DNA of 64,000 nucleotides from Candidatus Poribacteria bacterium (GTDB lineage Bacteria; Poribacteria; WGA-4E; WGA-3G): NCBI GenBank assembly GCA_963665235.2, contig CAXXLX010000001.1, positions 1 to 64,000 of the forward strand, read 5' to 3'. Shown piece by piece: positions 1 to 9,938 of this stretch (position 1 is its first letter; each line of letters starts with the position of its first letter). The notes under the pieces were generated by a model. It saw only the letters and a program-made list of their open reading frames with translations, ran no database searches and was not told where the DNA came from. The position numbers and the translations under genes were made by a program.

Positions 1-593
1 TGATACGGTGGGTCAAAGTAGATGAAATCGCCGGCACGTGCTTCTGTCAGGCAAAAGTTGGCAAAGTCCACGGCATAGAACGTGGCGTGAGTGAGCGCAT
101 CGCTTGCAGCTCGGAGCTGCGCCTTCGGACAGATATTGAGCCGTTTGTGACTACCCATCGGAACGTTGAACTGACCACGACTATTGACACGATACAGGCC
201 GTTATAGCACGTCCGATTAAGATAGAGAAAGCGGGCAGCAGCTATAACAGGGGTTAAGTCTTGCGGCTGTTGTGCACGCATGCAATCGTAATACTCGCGC
301 GAGTGATTTTGCCTGTGCAACGTCAACTGTTCTATCAGTGCTTCACACTGCGTCTGGACAACTTGATAGCACTGAATCAGCTCCGCATTCAGGTCGGTCA
401 GGAGTGAAATCGGTGCAGTGTATCGCGCGTGGATATAGAAATAGACGGCTCCACCACCCACAAACGGCTCAATATAGCGGTTGAACGTTTTCGGAAAAAA
501 GGGGGACAGCTGCGGTAGCACTTTTGATTTGCCTCCCGCCCATTTGATAAAGGGTTTGGCATGAGGCATTGGAGAAAGGGGTGGTGTTTTCAC
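1..593 (-). CDS. dam: DNA adenine methyltransferase (Dam/D12 class), runs off window start
   Basis: Manual translation (not in ORF track): KPFIKWAGGKS, YIEPFVGGGAV, DLNAELI, AARFLYLNRTCYNGLYRVNSRGQFNVP, DFIYFDPPY. GTG start overlaps the udk stop (alternative ATG at 569). Confidence 0.92.
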   Translation of the reverse strand, partial: MKTPPLSPMPHAKPFIKWAGGKSKVLPQLSPFFPKTFNRYIEPFVGGGAVYFYIHARYTAPISLLTDLNAELIQCYQVVQTQCEALIEQLTLHRQNHSREYYDCMRAQQPQDLTPVIAAARFLYLNRTCYNGLYRVNSRGQFNVPMGSHKRLNICPKAQLRAASDALTHATFYAVDFANFCLTEARAGDFIYFDPPY

Positions 594-1235
594 AGATGTT
601 CGGTAATCCGCGCGCGAACCCCTGCAGCAAGGGTGTGTAACGCGACCGGATTTTCGTCCTGAAATGGGATAATAAGGTCCGCATACTGTTTGCAAGGCTC
701 GGTGTAAACAGGAAAATTCGGGAGTACATCCCGGCGATACCAGCGGATAGCTCCCTCAAGGTCGCCACCACGCTGTGCAACATCACGAAGCATCCGTCTT
801 AACACCCGTTCATGCGCGTCAACCTCCAGAAAAACCTTGATATCCAGTAGCTCGCGAAGATGTTCATTCCAATAGATGAGATGTCCCTCCACAATGACGA
901 CATCGCTAGGGGGTGTGACCTTTTTCTCGTCGCCGCGGCTTGCTGCACGGGTACCGGGCGTAGGGGTTTCAATTGGTTGTCGGGCGCGGGAGCTTCTCAA
1001 CGTCGGCGATGAGCACTTCCCAGAACACCGCATCCGGGTGATTAGCCGTCACGACTTTTTCGCGTTCCGCTGGCGAATATTCTGACCAATCCCGAAAATA
1101 CGCGTCTTGATGAAGCGTGATAGGCGAAAACGCGGCGAGTTGCGCCGACAATGCCGCCGCAAACGTCGTTTTCCCGGACGCAGATCCTCCCATGATACCT
1201 ACAGTAACGGGCGTAAATGTACTCTGTTTTGTCAT
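590..1235 (-). pseudogene. udk: Uridine kinase split by a 1-bp frameshift near 990 (real or sequencing error)
   Basis: N-half 969-1235 has P-loop GGSASGKTT, QDAYF and NHPDA. C-half 590-~990 has VVIVEG, LLDIKVFL, RRMLRD, EPCKQYADLIIP. An extra C in CTCCCG shifts the frame. Confidence 0.85.
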
Positions 1236-1276
1236 TTTTCTTTGCCTTCTTTGAAATTAATAACGAAAATAGCGTA

Positions 1277-2911
1277 TCACAAATCAGAATTTTTGTCAAA
1301 TTTTTCGGGTGTTTTCGTCCAATAGTAGATGAAACCGATAAGACCCCCAACCACAATAATGCAATAAACGCCAACATAAACATAGAGATGGAGCAGCCGC
1401 GCCAAAAATTGGATACCGACTAAGGCACCCGCTGCAATCATACTTAAACCGTACGCCAAACACCCGGTCATCTTTACTGTTTTCAGCACCTCTTCGGAAA
1501 GCGGTAGACCGGATTCCGGCTTGGGATAGGTGATAACAGAATAGAGCATAACGAGGAAACCGGGTAAGACGAAAAGAATTCCGAGCACCCCCCAAAAGAA
1601 AGTCGCCGCTATAAAAAATAGAAGTGTGAAAGGCAGGACAATGTAGATAAGGGTAGCTATCACGACACCACGCCATAAATCGGTCGGTGCCCGAAGCGGT
1701 GCTAATTTTAACATCCATGCGGCTTTATAGTGTTCCGTGTAACCCACAGACCCGAGGAAACCGAAAACCAAACTCACCCCAAGAAAGACGAACAGACCCG
1801 TTAATCCGGGACTGAGACCGATAGCGTAGTGATACTCAATAAACTCTATAGGATATATTCCCCGCACAAAGAAGATTACAGTCATCAAGCCTGCGCCGAG
1901 CGTGCCGGAAGCTAATTGGGATAAAATGTGTCTATCACGGCGCATGTATACGGCACTGAGGCGGAAACCTGCGTAGACATCACGAGACGTGAAGAATCGC
2001 GCGAGGAAGGGGACACGCATCCGCAGTTTGTCTTTCGGTCTCCCGCCGGATTCCATCAGATAGGCGAGATATTTTGAATAGGTCTTTGCAATACTTCGCA
2101 GCGGAATTAGGAGCAGTAGTGTTGAAAATAGTGCAACCCCTGCCAAAACTATATCACGCCTTACCTCAGACCGTTCAAACGTGCTAACCGCGAGCGATAT
2201 AGCCCCAGCAAACCACCCGTTCGGAAATAGGAGTAACCATTTTATGACCGCTTCATAATTATCCTTTAAGAAATCTATTGGGATGAGATAAAAGAATGTA
2301 GGGAAGAGTAGCGGCAAAATAAACTGCGCGGATTTCGCAACTTTGCGGAGGCTTTTTATAGCGTAGAGTTTCGTCAAATAACCAGCGAACACTGTCATCA
2401 CACCTATAGCGAAAAAGCCGGACATAAAGGCGACAGGTAAATAAAAAATCGGAAAAAAGTAGCACAAAAAGGAGGCTTCATCGCCACGTAGAAAAATACC
2501 GCAAACCGATGGAAATATGTTCAGACAGCCTAACAACAGCACGGCATACTTGAGTATATGCGTTAGTTGCACTAAAAAATAGGTGCGTGATGACACCGGG
2601 GTATGGGCTATGACACGATAGTTGATAGGACTGAGAAGCAGGTCAAAATACGGAAGCGTCCACATCCCTACCATGAACATAGATGTCGTTGTGCCGATAA
2701 GAGCGTACGTGAACACGTCTATGTGAAAAAACACCGGCAGTGCCGAAAAGATGCTTACAAAGAAACAGAAAACACAGGTCAAGGACAGTGAGAGTTTAGC
2801 CAGTCCCTGTTTTCCTTCAGTCGCGCGTTCCTCTAGCGTTTTCTCCGTTTGTCGGAGCAGTTTATACTGAATTGGACATGCGCCGAATTTTGCGACGATT
2901 TTCTCAAGCAT
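1277..2911 (-). CDS. ABC-2-type exporter permease-like multi-TM protein
   Basis: 544 aa with many TM segments; overlaps the ABC ATPase gene. Confidence 0.75.
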   Translation of the reverse strand: MLEKIVAKFGACPIQYKLLRQTEKTLEERATEGKQGLAKLSLSLTCVFCFFVSIFSALPVFFHIDVFTYALIGTTTSMFMVGMWTLPYFDLLLSPINYRVIAHTPVSSRTYFLVQLTHILKYAVLLLGCLNIFPSVCGIFLRGDEASFLCYFFPIFYLPVAFMSGFFAIGVMTVFAGYLTKLYAIKSLRKVAKSAQFILPLLFPTFFYLIPIDFLKDNYEAVIKWLLLFPNGWFAGAISLAVSTFERSEVRRDIVLAGVALFSTLLLLIPLRSIAKTYSKYLAYLMESGGRPKDKLRMRVPFLARFFTSRDVYAGFRLSAVYMRRDRHILSQLASGTLGAGLMTVIFFVRGIYPIEFIEYHYAIGLSPGLTGLFVFLGVSLVFGFLGSVGYTEHYKAAWMLKLAPLRAPTDLWRGVVIATLIYIVLPFTLLFFIAATFFWGVLGILFVLPGFLVMLYSVITYPKPESGLPLSEEVLKTVKMTGCLAYGLSMIAAGALVGIQFLARLLHLYVYVGVYCIIVVGGLIGFIYYWTKTPEKFDKNSDL

Positions 2912-3683
2912 CGGGGGGTGTCTCCGTTACAATCCGAAGGGCTGCCTCCGTTTTTTCAGCGATGCCTGTCGTTTCGGTCAATTGCACAAAAATCTCGTTG
3001 AGGGCTTCCCGGTTTGTCTGCTGCTGCAACACTGCGACCGGCGCATCTGCAATCATTTTTCCTTCGTTGATAATCATAATCCTCGGGCAGAGCGTCTCGG
3101 CCACTTCAAGGATATGGGTACAGTAGACAATCGTTTTCCCCAAATCGGCTAAACGTTGGAGTAAAGCCTTCATAAAGGTGACGGTTGTAACATCTAAATT
3201 GGTAAACGGTTCATCTAAAAATAGGACATCGGGGTTATGCAACAGCGCGGACATAATGATGCACTTTTGACGCATCCCCTGTGAAAAGCTGCTTATCCGC
3301 TGATTGGCTTGCGGCTCCATCTCGAACAGTTTGGCAAGTTCTACAATTTTATATGAAATCTGTTTTTCCGCTAAATCGTAAAGTCTGCCCATTAGCTGGA
3401 GGTGTTCTATCAAGGTGAGGTGTTCATAGAGCTGTGCTTCTTCGGGAACATAACCGATATGCTGTTTGAGTTCAAGCAGCTCAGTTTCAGCATCATATCC
3501 AGCGACAGAGATCTTTCCCGATGTCGGTTCAAGCAAACCGACCAGCATTTTTAACGTTGTGCTTTTCCCTGCTCCGTTCGGCCCGAGATAACCGACGATT
3601 TCCCCCGTGCCAACCTCAAAACTGATGTTATTAACCGCTTTTTTCTCGCCATATTCCTTCGTAAGCTGTGAAACGTGAATCAT
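2904..3683 (-). CDS. ABC transporter ATP-binding protein
   Basis: GPNGAGKST, FSQGMRQK, LFLDEP, CTH motifs. Confidence 0.95.
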   Translation of the reverse strand: MIHVSQLTKEYGEKKAVNNISFEVGTGEIVGYLGPNGAGKSTTLKMLVGLLEPTSGKISVAGYDAETELLELKQHIGYVPEEAQLYEHLTLIEHLQLMGRLYDLAEKQISYKIVELAKLFEMEPQANQRISSFSQGMRQKCIIMSALLHNPDVLFLDEPFTNLDVTTVTFMKALLQRLADLGKTIVYCTHILEVAETLCPRIMIINEGKMIADAPVAVLQQQTNREALNEIFVQLTETTGIAEKTEAALRIVTETPPDA

Positions 3684-3856
3684 AGTCCTTTGCCTTCGTA
3701 ATTGTTTATGAAATTATAGCATATTTACAGAAATATTTGAACAAGGGTGTTAAAGTTTTTGGAGGCCCAAAGGATAGAGGGAAGAATGGAAGGGGGGAAG
3801 GGTGGATTTCGCGTGTGTTGTCTAAATGCATGTCGCATTTGGACGAGGACGCTGCA

Positions 3857-4050
3857 AATCGCGGAGGGCACAGAGGACACGGAAAACGCGGAAAGAAGAG
3901 GGTGTTGATAACACCTACCCATTTTTGTGAAGGATGTTAATCGCGAGTGCTTTATCTATAGCACTGCACTTGTTGATAACACCTACCCATTTTTGTGAAG
4001 GGAGACTCAAATGCACAAAAGACCCCTCCGAGCCTTCCGCGATTCTGACA
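3857..4050. repeat. Dispersed element with AATCGCGG...CCGCGATT ends and an internal 31-bp direct repeat (3903-3933, 3971-4001)
   Basis: Aligns by eye with 28031-28178 (GGAGGACACGG..AACGCGGAAA..TTTTGTGAAG.GAGACT.AAATGCACAAAAGACCC). Confidence 0.7.
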
Positions 4051-4104
4051 AAACCGGCAATAAATGGTTCCCCTCCTACGAACAGGGCTCTGTTAGGTTG
4101 TAGA

Positions 4105-4512
4105 TCAGCCACCTGTGGTAGGTTTTACGGTTACCTCGGTGCGCCCTTCCAAGACGCTGTCGAAGAGTGCACGTTGCTCTGCTGCTAAATCTTCATACAC
4201 AATCCTGGCGATGTCGGGACCGACTGCCTGGAGTTTATCCTCCAAACCCGCCTCCTGGATACGGACAGTGGCGGTGAAAGCCCCCTTGTGCAGATCGAGT
4301 GGAAACCCCGCTTCCTGTTTGACACCATCGAGGGCATACCGAACACGACCCATGAAGAGCGGACCATATCCATCGTGGTACTCGAGCTCTACGCTGAGGA
4401 GTTCTATAGAATCAGTGAAGGGCACACGGCCAGCCAAGTCAAGCGTTCTAATCGTGGTTTTGAACTTATTAACGTTATCAACAATATGTTTCATCGGAGT
4501 TTTCCTTTTCAT
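4105..4512 (-). CDS. Hypothetical protein, putative partner/immunity protein of the upstream ART
   Basis: 135-aa ORF 14 bp downstream of the ART-like gene, same strand; no recognised domain. Confidence 0.6.
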   Translation of the reverse strand: MKRKTPMKHIVDNVNKFKTTIRTLDLAGRVPFTDSIELLSVELEYHDGYGPLFMGRVRYALDGVKQEAGFPLDLHKGAFTATVRIQEAGLEDKLQAVGPDIARIVYEDLAAEQRALFDSVLEGRTEVTVKPTTGG

Positions 4513-4526
4513 TGTGGAAGTTAAGA

Positions 4527-5108
4527 TTATCTATAAACATCAAACCTATTCCTTACACAAGTTGCCGGAATGGCACCCTGTGCAAGAATTTCGGCATCTC
4601 GTAATGCCCGAACAAGTGTCTCTAATTCAATGGTTAGATTCGGCGTGCGCGGTGTACCTTCGCTTCCAGGCGGCTGCAGCGAAGCCTGCCTCAAAAAATG
4701 CCCCATATTTCTGGGATTGACAATTCCTATCAAGAAATCAGGCAACCCATCGTGTTGGTAGGGCGGACCTGGGCTTGCCGGAGACGGTAACAGGCCCGCA
4801 ACCTCCTTGACTGGATCAAGGAGGTGGAGTCCAGGCGGTAGCGGCTCCTGAATCTCAATTTCGTGGACATACGCCGGATCGCTTGGCGTAGGAGCCCGCT
4901 CGCTATTCACTATTGCATATCGCCAAGCCACTCCGTACGAACGGGTCATAGAAATGAAAGGACTGTTGATAGTGCTTCTTGCAATATGAAACATCAACCG
5001 ATTTGTAGTAGATTCCATCCCGGGGGCTCTGGCAATAAAACCCTGTTTTACAGGCTCGTTATCGTACCAATAAGTACCAATGCCTGCCCCTCTATAAAAT
5101 ATCGCCAT
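4527..5108 (-). CDS. Putative ADP-ribosyltransferase (cholera/pertussis-toxin-like R-S-E clade)
   Basis: FYRG, GFIAR, LMFHIAR, SPFISMTRS, YVHEI, DAEILAQGAIP; order and spacing match CtxA/PtxA-like motifs; no signal peptide. Confidence 0.7.
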   Translation of the reverse strand: MAIFYRGAGIGTYWYDNEPVKQGFIARAPGMESTTNRLMFHIARSTINSPFISMTRSYGVAWRYAIVNSERAPTPSDPAYVHEIEIQEPLPPGLHLLDPVKEVAGLLPSPASPGPPYQHDGLPDFLIGIVNPRNMGHFLRQASLQPPGSEGTPRTPNLTIELETLVRALRDAEILAQGAIPATCVRNRFDVYR

Positions 5109-5168
5109 AGGTCCTCTTTTTGTACTGTTGCTCCGGTTTCTAACGTGGAATATTCACACTTTCTTTAT

Positions 5169-5198
5169 AGTTTACCATGCATTAGGCATCTGTGTCAA
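5169..5198 (-). promoter_or_regulatory. Putative sigma70 promoter for the ART pair
   Basis: TTGACA-18-TAAACT with extended -10 TG on minus strand. Confidence 0.5.
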
Positions 5199-5255
5199 GG
5201 CGATTTTCTACAGAGGCAGAGGTATTCAATTTTCAGAGCTATAGGTCCAAATCCA

Positions 5256-6164
5256 TCAACGCCGCATATTCACGACATAAATCCCAGCGGCTACGAGAAG
5301 AGCCCCTATCAACAAATTAAACGTCAGTTCATCCCCTAAAAGTAGATGACTAAAAAACACCCCCGAAAGCGGTGTTGTAAAAAAGAGCACAACTAATTTA
5401 CTTGCGCTGTAGTTTTCAAGGATTGCTGTCCACATCAGAAAACACAAACCCGCAATAATACCGCCTTGATAGAAGAGCGCAGCACCGCCCGCCAAAGTTA
5501 ACTGAAACGTTTTCTCAAGCTCCGATAGAAAACTCAACCCGGCATAACACGGCAGGCTCAGACTCAGCAGCCAGAACAGCAGACGATACGGATGAATGGA
5601 CTGAATTAACAATTTTGTCACTACAACCCGTAACCCTAAAAAACAGCCGCTGACAAGTACAATAAGGTCACCAAAGAGGCTCGTTTCCCCTTCCCCTATA
5701 TTGGGAGCGACGGTTACGAAAACGCCACTGAAAGCGAGGATAATCCCCAGGGTTTTTGTAACCGTGAGCCGCTCGCCCGGAATCCAGAGATGTGCAAAGA
5801 GAGCGGTAAAAAAGGGGTAGACATTAATAAAAATAGTTGAGCGGGAGGCTGTCGTGAATAGGGTGCCAACGTTCAACGTGATAATTTGCAGCACGAAAAT
5901 TGCCGTGAGCAGTAGCAATCGGGGGAGCTCCCCTCGGCGCAACCCAAGTGGTATCCGCCGGTAGAGCGACCAACCGCCAATAACAGCGAGGCCAAGAGCA
6001 AAACGGAGAAATGCCAATGCCATCGGCGGTAGGTCTTGCAAAGCGATTTTAATTGAGAGCGAATTACCCCCCCAGAGAAACGCAAGGAGTAGACTGAGTG
6101 CAACAATTTTCCCCGGCAGCACCTCACTGACAACTTTTGGATTGAGTGATTGTTTTCTATTCAA
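5256..6164 (-). CDS. DMT/EamA family transporter
   Basis: About 10 TM segments, LWGGN and PPMALAFLRF EamA pattern. Confidence 0.9.
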   Translation of the reverse strand: MNRKQSLNPKVVSEVLPGKIVALSLLLAFLWGGNSLSIKIALQDLPPMALAFLRFALGLAVIGGWSLYRRIPLGLRRGELPRLLLLTAIFVLQIITLNVGTLFTTASRSTIFINVYPFFTALFAHLWIPGERLTVTKTLGIILAFSGVFVTVAPNIGEGETSLFGDLIVLVSGCFLGLRVVVTKLLIQSIHPYRLLFWLLSLSLPCYAGLSFLSELEKTFQLTLAGGAALFYQGGIIAGLCFLMWTAILENYSASKLVVLFFTTPLSGVFFSHLLLGDELTFNLLIGALLVAAGIYVVNMRR

Positions 6165-6218
6165 AAGTGACTACTATCCTTACGCGAGGGGCTGTTCCTG
6201 AAAAAATTCGTGGTTAAA

Positions 6219-7022
6219 TTAATCATAGGCACCGGAACGATGATTTCCCATCAGACGTTGCTGGCGTTCCGATGCCTGCTCCAGGATGGCTTCATTGAAC
6301 TGAAAGCGATTCAGATAGGGCGGAAATTTCTGTGTTATCATCCGGTTTGCGTAATGCACTTGCAACAGATAGCGGGTCTGCTTGCTGCGGTTTGCGGTGC
6401 CTCTATGCCAAACCTCACTTCGGAAAATTACCACGTCCCCTGCATTGCAAAGGATACTCTGTTCTTTCGCGCCCTTCCATTCGGTATCGCCATCAGGCCG
6501 CCGTCCGGAAAGATGACTCCCCGGAACGAACTTCGTTGGACCGAGGTCTTCATAAAGGTCATCTAGATAGTAATGTGCGGTTGTGATAAAAATTGGCACT
6601 TTAACCCGCGGGTCTTCTAAAATATCCGCCGGGAGCGAAATAGGCAGCCAATCCGTATGGAGCCCCTGATCGGGGCGGCCTGGACCTGTCAACCATGCTG
6701 TCATCCCGATGACATGACAATCACCTCCGTGGACAGCCTCCGCTAACTCAATAACAGGCGACTTATCAAGATAGTCTAGAAAAATCGGGGCACGATTGAA
6801 GGCGTTATTGACATGTTTGTTGAGGAAACCACTTCCATTTTCTGGTACGCTGTGCCGGTCGAAGCTTTCCGGAATTGCTGTTAACCTATCCATAGCTTCT
6901 CGAAGTTCAGCGAGTTGTTCCGCATTAATAACTTGGGGCAGATAGGCATATCCATCGTCTTCCATCGCCTTGACCTGACTTTCAAGGTCAGGATAAGCGA
7001 CAAGAGGTAAAGCTTGGCTCAT
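6219..7022 (-). CDS. Phytanoyl-CoA dioxygenase (PhyH) family protein
   Basis: HTD, GPTKFVPGSH, AGDVVIF, WHRG. Confidence 0.9.
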   Translation of the reverse strand: MSQALPLVAYPDLESQVKAMEDDGYAYLPQVINAEQLAELREAMDRLTAIPESFDRHSVPENGSGFLNKHVNNAFNRAPIFLDYLDKSPVIELAEAVHGGDCHVIGMTAWLTGPGRPDQGLHTDWLPISLPADILEDPRVKVPIFITTAHYYLDDLYEDLGPTKFVPGSHLSGRRPDGDTEWKGAKEQSILCNAGDVVIFRSEVWHRGTANRSKQTRYLLQVHYANRMITQKFPPYLNRFQFNEAILEQASERQQRLMGNHRSGAYD

Positions 7023-7175
7023 AATTTTTTCTCCTTCACATAAGGTATTTCTGAAAAACAGAACGTCTCTACTATGTATCTTAACAAGTTTTACGGGTTC
7101 ATGTCAACTTTTTTCCTGAAAAATCCGTTTATATTTAAAATAGTCTTATGAAAAAAACAGGGAAGGAGTAGAGAG

Positions 7176-7445
7176 ATGAAAGAGAGAAACGTCACGTCTG
7201 AACACCAAGTTAAAGAGACAGCTATCCGTCTGCCTGGGACCGTTCTAGAATCTCTTCCGGGTAACCTGTTTCAAATAAAGCTGGACGCAAATGACCACAA
7301 AGTTGTGGCTTACCTCGCTGGGAGGATGATGAAGAACAACATCTGGGTGCTTCCCGGGGACCAGGTTACTGTGGAACTTTCACCGTACGACCTGACACGG
7401 GGCCGGATTATCTGGCGGAATCCGGGGAGACAGCTTGACAGATAG
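7176..7445 (+). CDS. infA: Translation initiation factor IF-1
   Basis: [42 protein letters not shown]. Confidence 0.92.
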   Translation: MKERNVTSEHQVKETAIRLPGTVLESLPGNLFQIKLDANDHKVVAYLAGRMMKNNIWVLPGDQVTVELSPYDLTRGRIIWRNPGRQLDR

Positions 7446-7449
7446 GTAT

Positions 7450-8874
7450 TCAAATATCGGAGCGGAAAAATTTGAGAAACGCCACGGCTGTAAACACCAC
7501 TGCAAAGAGACAGAGCAGCAACGCATCTACCGCTGAATGACGCAATGTCTCCGATAGTGCTGGGTCTCTCAAAGTTGGCGGCGGCGCGATGTGCTCCTCG
7601 GTTGACTGGTCAGTATTCATCCGCGCTGCCGCTTGCATAATTTGTGAAAACGGATCATCGGAAATTTGACTGAAATAATTGTCACTCAGCTGGGTGTAAT
7701 ACGACTCACCCGTTTGGAAATAGGCATCTCTTCTTAACTTCCCCGTCTGTGCTAAGTCCATGGCGATAAAGGTTAACGAAGATGTTGGGGAGATTCGGGA
7801 GAGGGTTCCGCCGACAGATTCTTGTCGTGTTTTTTCACGTTGATAGGCGCGTTCAATCTCACCCGCTCGCGCCTCAAATTTCTGCCTATATTCCGCGTCG
7901 ATCGGTTCACGGAGTTTCCGCAAACTATCCTGCCCCTCCGGTGTTATCTCAATACGACCGCCGGTAGCTTCTATAAGCTTTTTTGTAATTTCCGCGTCCT
8001 TCTCTACATTAAGATTGTTGCGAACCGCTGTCTTTTCCATATAGACACTCTGTACGGTACGGATAGGTACGAAGAGTTGGGCGGTAACAAATCCCGCCCG
8101 CGGCACAATTAACACTGCGAACACCCAAACAGTAAAGGCTACGATGAGGGCTGTTTTGGAACTGTCCAAGTAGGTGGAAATCACCACACCTATCGCGAAA
8201 AACACCGCGATATAGAGCAGGGACATCAGTAGTAAGCACAACACCCGCGGAAAAATGTCAGCCTCCCCAAGGGGAAATCCCTGCCAGACCAGCAACAGTA
8301 AACCGACCAGAAATGACAGTAGGAACGGAATGACGAATACAACGTACCCGCCAATCACCTTGCTCCACAAAAACAGGTCGCGAGGAAGGGCGTTTGACAA
8401 CGTTATCCGAAGTGTACCTGCCTCTCTTTCCCCCGCAACCGCATCGAAGGTAAACAGCAGCGCAAGCAGGCTGAACACAGTCCCCACTACAAACAGAAAG
8501 TCGAGATTCCCGAGAGCGTAAGAGAGCGGGGCCTGTGTGAGTCCTGTCGAACTTTGCCGCACGCCATTACGTGTCATGCCGAGATAGGTGGGCAGTGCTT
8601 CCTCTAATCCCCTCGCGAATACACTCAAAGCGGACGGTTTGAGGAAAAATTTAGAAACCTCCACGTCCGGATTCTGTGCATCCGGCGGGGTTTCTTCCGC
8701 TTCTGTCTGAGCAAGTTTGACAGATTCTTGATAGTCGACAAGGTTTTGGCTATACTTGCGATACCCGATAAAAAGCGTGAGCGGAATGAGTAAGAGACAC
8801 ATCAAAAGCAGCGCGACAAACCGCACGCTCAGGATATGATGCAAGATCTCTTTCTGAATTAGCACTCGCAGCAT
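7450..8874 (-). CDS. ABC transporter permease subunit
   Basis: FDAVAGEREAGTLRITLSNALPR..SK motif; multiple TM segments. Confidence 0.85.
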   Translation of the reverse strand: MLRVLIQKEILHHILSVRFVALLLMCLLLIPLTLFIGYRKYSQNLVDYQESVKLAQTEAEETPPDAQNPDVEVSKFFLKPSALSVFARGLEEALPTYLGMTRNGVRQSSTGLTQAPLSYALGNLDFLFVVGTVFSLLALLFTFDAVAGEREAGTLRITLSNALPRDLFLWSKVIGGYVVFVIPFLLSFLVGLLLLVWQGFPLGEADIFPRVLCLLLMSLLYIAVFFAIGVVISTYLDSSKTALIVAFTVWVFAVLIVPRAGFVTAQLFVPIRTVQSVYMEKTAVRNNLNVEKDAEITKKLIEATGGRIEITPEGQDSLRKLREPIDAEYRQKFEARAGEIERAYQREKTRQESVGGTLSRISPTSSLTFIAMDLAQTGKLRRDAYFQTGESYYTQLSDNYFSQISDDPFSQIMQAAARMNTDQSTEEHIAPPPTLRDPALSETLRHSAVDALLLCLFAVVFTAVAFLKFFRSDI

Positions 8875-8951
8875 TTGGCATATTCCTTACATTAATTAAC
8901 ACAGAAAGCACAGCACACCCACTCCCCTATTATAACCCAAGTTGCTACTTA

Positions 8952-9057
8952 TAAGTTTTTAGACCTGGAAACACCGTCTTTAATGAAAATATGCTGAGAA
9001 TTAGCTAATATTTGTCCCGTTCACTTCCAATTCGCACACAAATATGCACAATCTGGA
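8952..9057. repeat. Direct repeat copy 1 (29 bp + 77 bp) flanking the IS630 remnant
   Basis: 8952-8980 = 9765-9793; 8981-9057 = 9831-9907. Confidence 0.9.
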
Positions 9058-9128
9058 TGAAGATTAAGAAATTAATTCGGTAATTTCTGTTTTTATGTTA
9101 TCCTATTGTCCCAGGGAGGTATTGTCTT

Positions 9129-9650
9129 ATGTCAAAACGCCATGAACTTGAACTCAGTAAAGATGAACGCCAAAGACTGATTGAACTCCGCGATACAGGG
9201 GAACCCGCTTATCTTCGGGAACGTGCGGCTGCCCTGCTAAAGATAGCCGCGGGAACTTCTCCACACAAAGTCGCCCTCAAAGGGCTGCTAAAGAAGCGAG
9301 ATCCGGACACTGTTTATGCCTGGCTTCGCCGATACCAAGAAGAGGGCACAAGGATTGTTTCATAGACCGGGCCGTGGCCGCAAACCCGCGTTCGCCCCCA
9401 AATCCCCCGAAGAAGCAGAAACCGAGGCGTTGACGGCTATAGGACAAGACCCGGGACAAGTCAAGGCACATCAAACGCGCTGGACGCTTCGCACGGTGGC
9501 GAGGTTGTGCCGTGGCTTGCTAATATCTCTGTGCCGGGTATCCATCAAATCTTCTCACGCCCATCAGCTATAAGCGTGCTAGACTGTATTTAAGTCCGGA
9601 TACAGACTATTCGAACGGATACAGCAAGTTTTAGAAAGCAGACCCATCAA
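9129..9650 (+). mobile_element. IS630-family transposase remnant (HTH part, frameshifted, no DDE domain seen)
   Basis: LSKDERQRL, RERAAALL, TVYAWLRRYQEEG, GL..RPGRGRKP, RWTL, YKRAR..SPD.DY across frames. Confidence 0.75.
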
Positions 9651-9764
9651 AACCCACAGAACACCAAGATGAGTTCTCACTCCCCTATTATAGCCCATCA
9701 GAGTTATCAAGATAAAACTATTTATTGCTGAACCCCCATACAGGAGACGTTGTTTATCAGCAAG

Positions 9765-9907
9765 TAAGTTTTTAGACCTGGAAACACCGTCTTGCCGCAA
9801 GTCTCCTTTGTGAAACCGACCCCGCCGAATTAATGAAAATATGCTGAGAATTAGCTAATATTTGTCCCGTTCACTTCCAATTCGCACACAAATATGCACA
9901 ATCTGGA
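9765..9907. repeat. Direct repeat copy 2, with 37 extra bp between the two blocks
   Basis: Identical blocks to 8952-9057. Confidence 0.9.
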
Positions 9908-9938
9908 AGATTATGCTACTATGTGGCAACTTAGGTTA

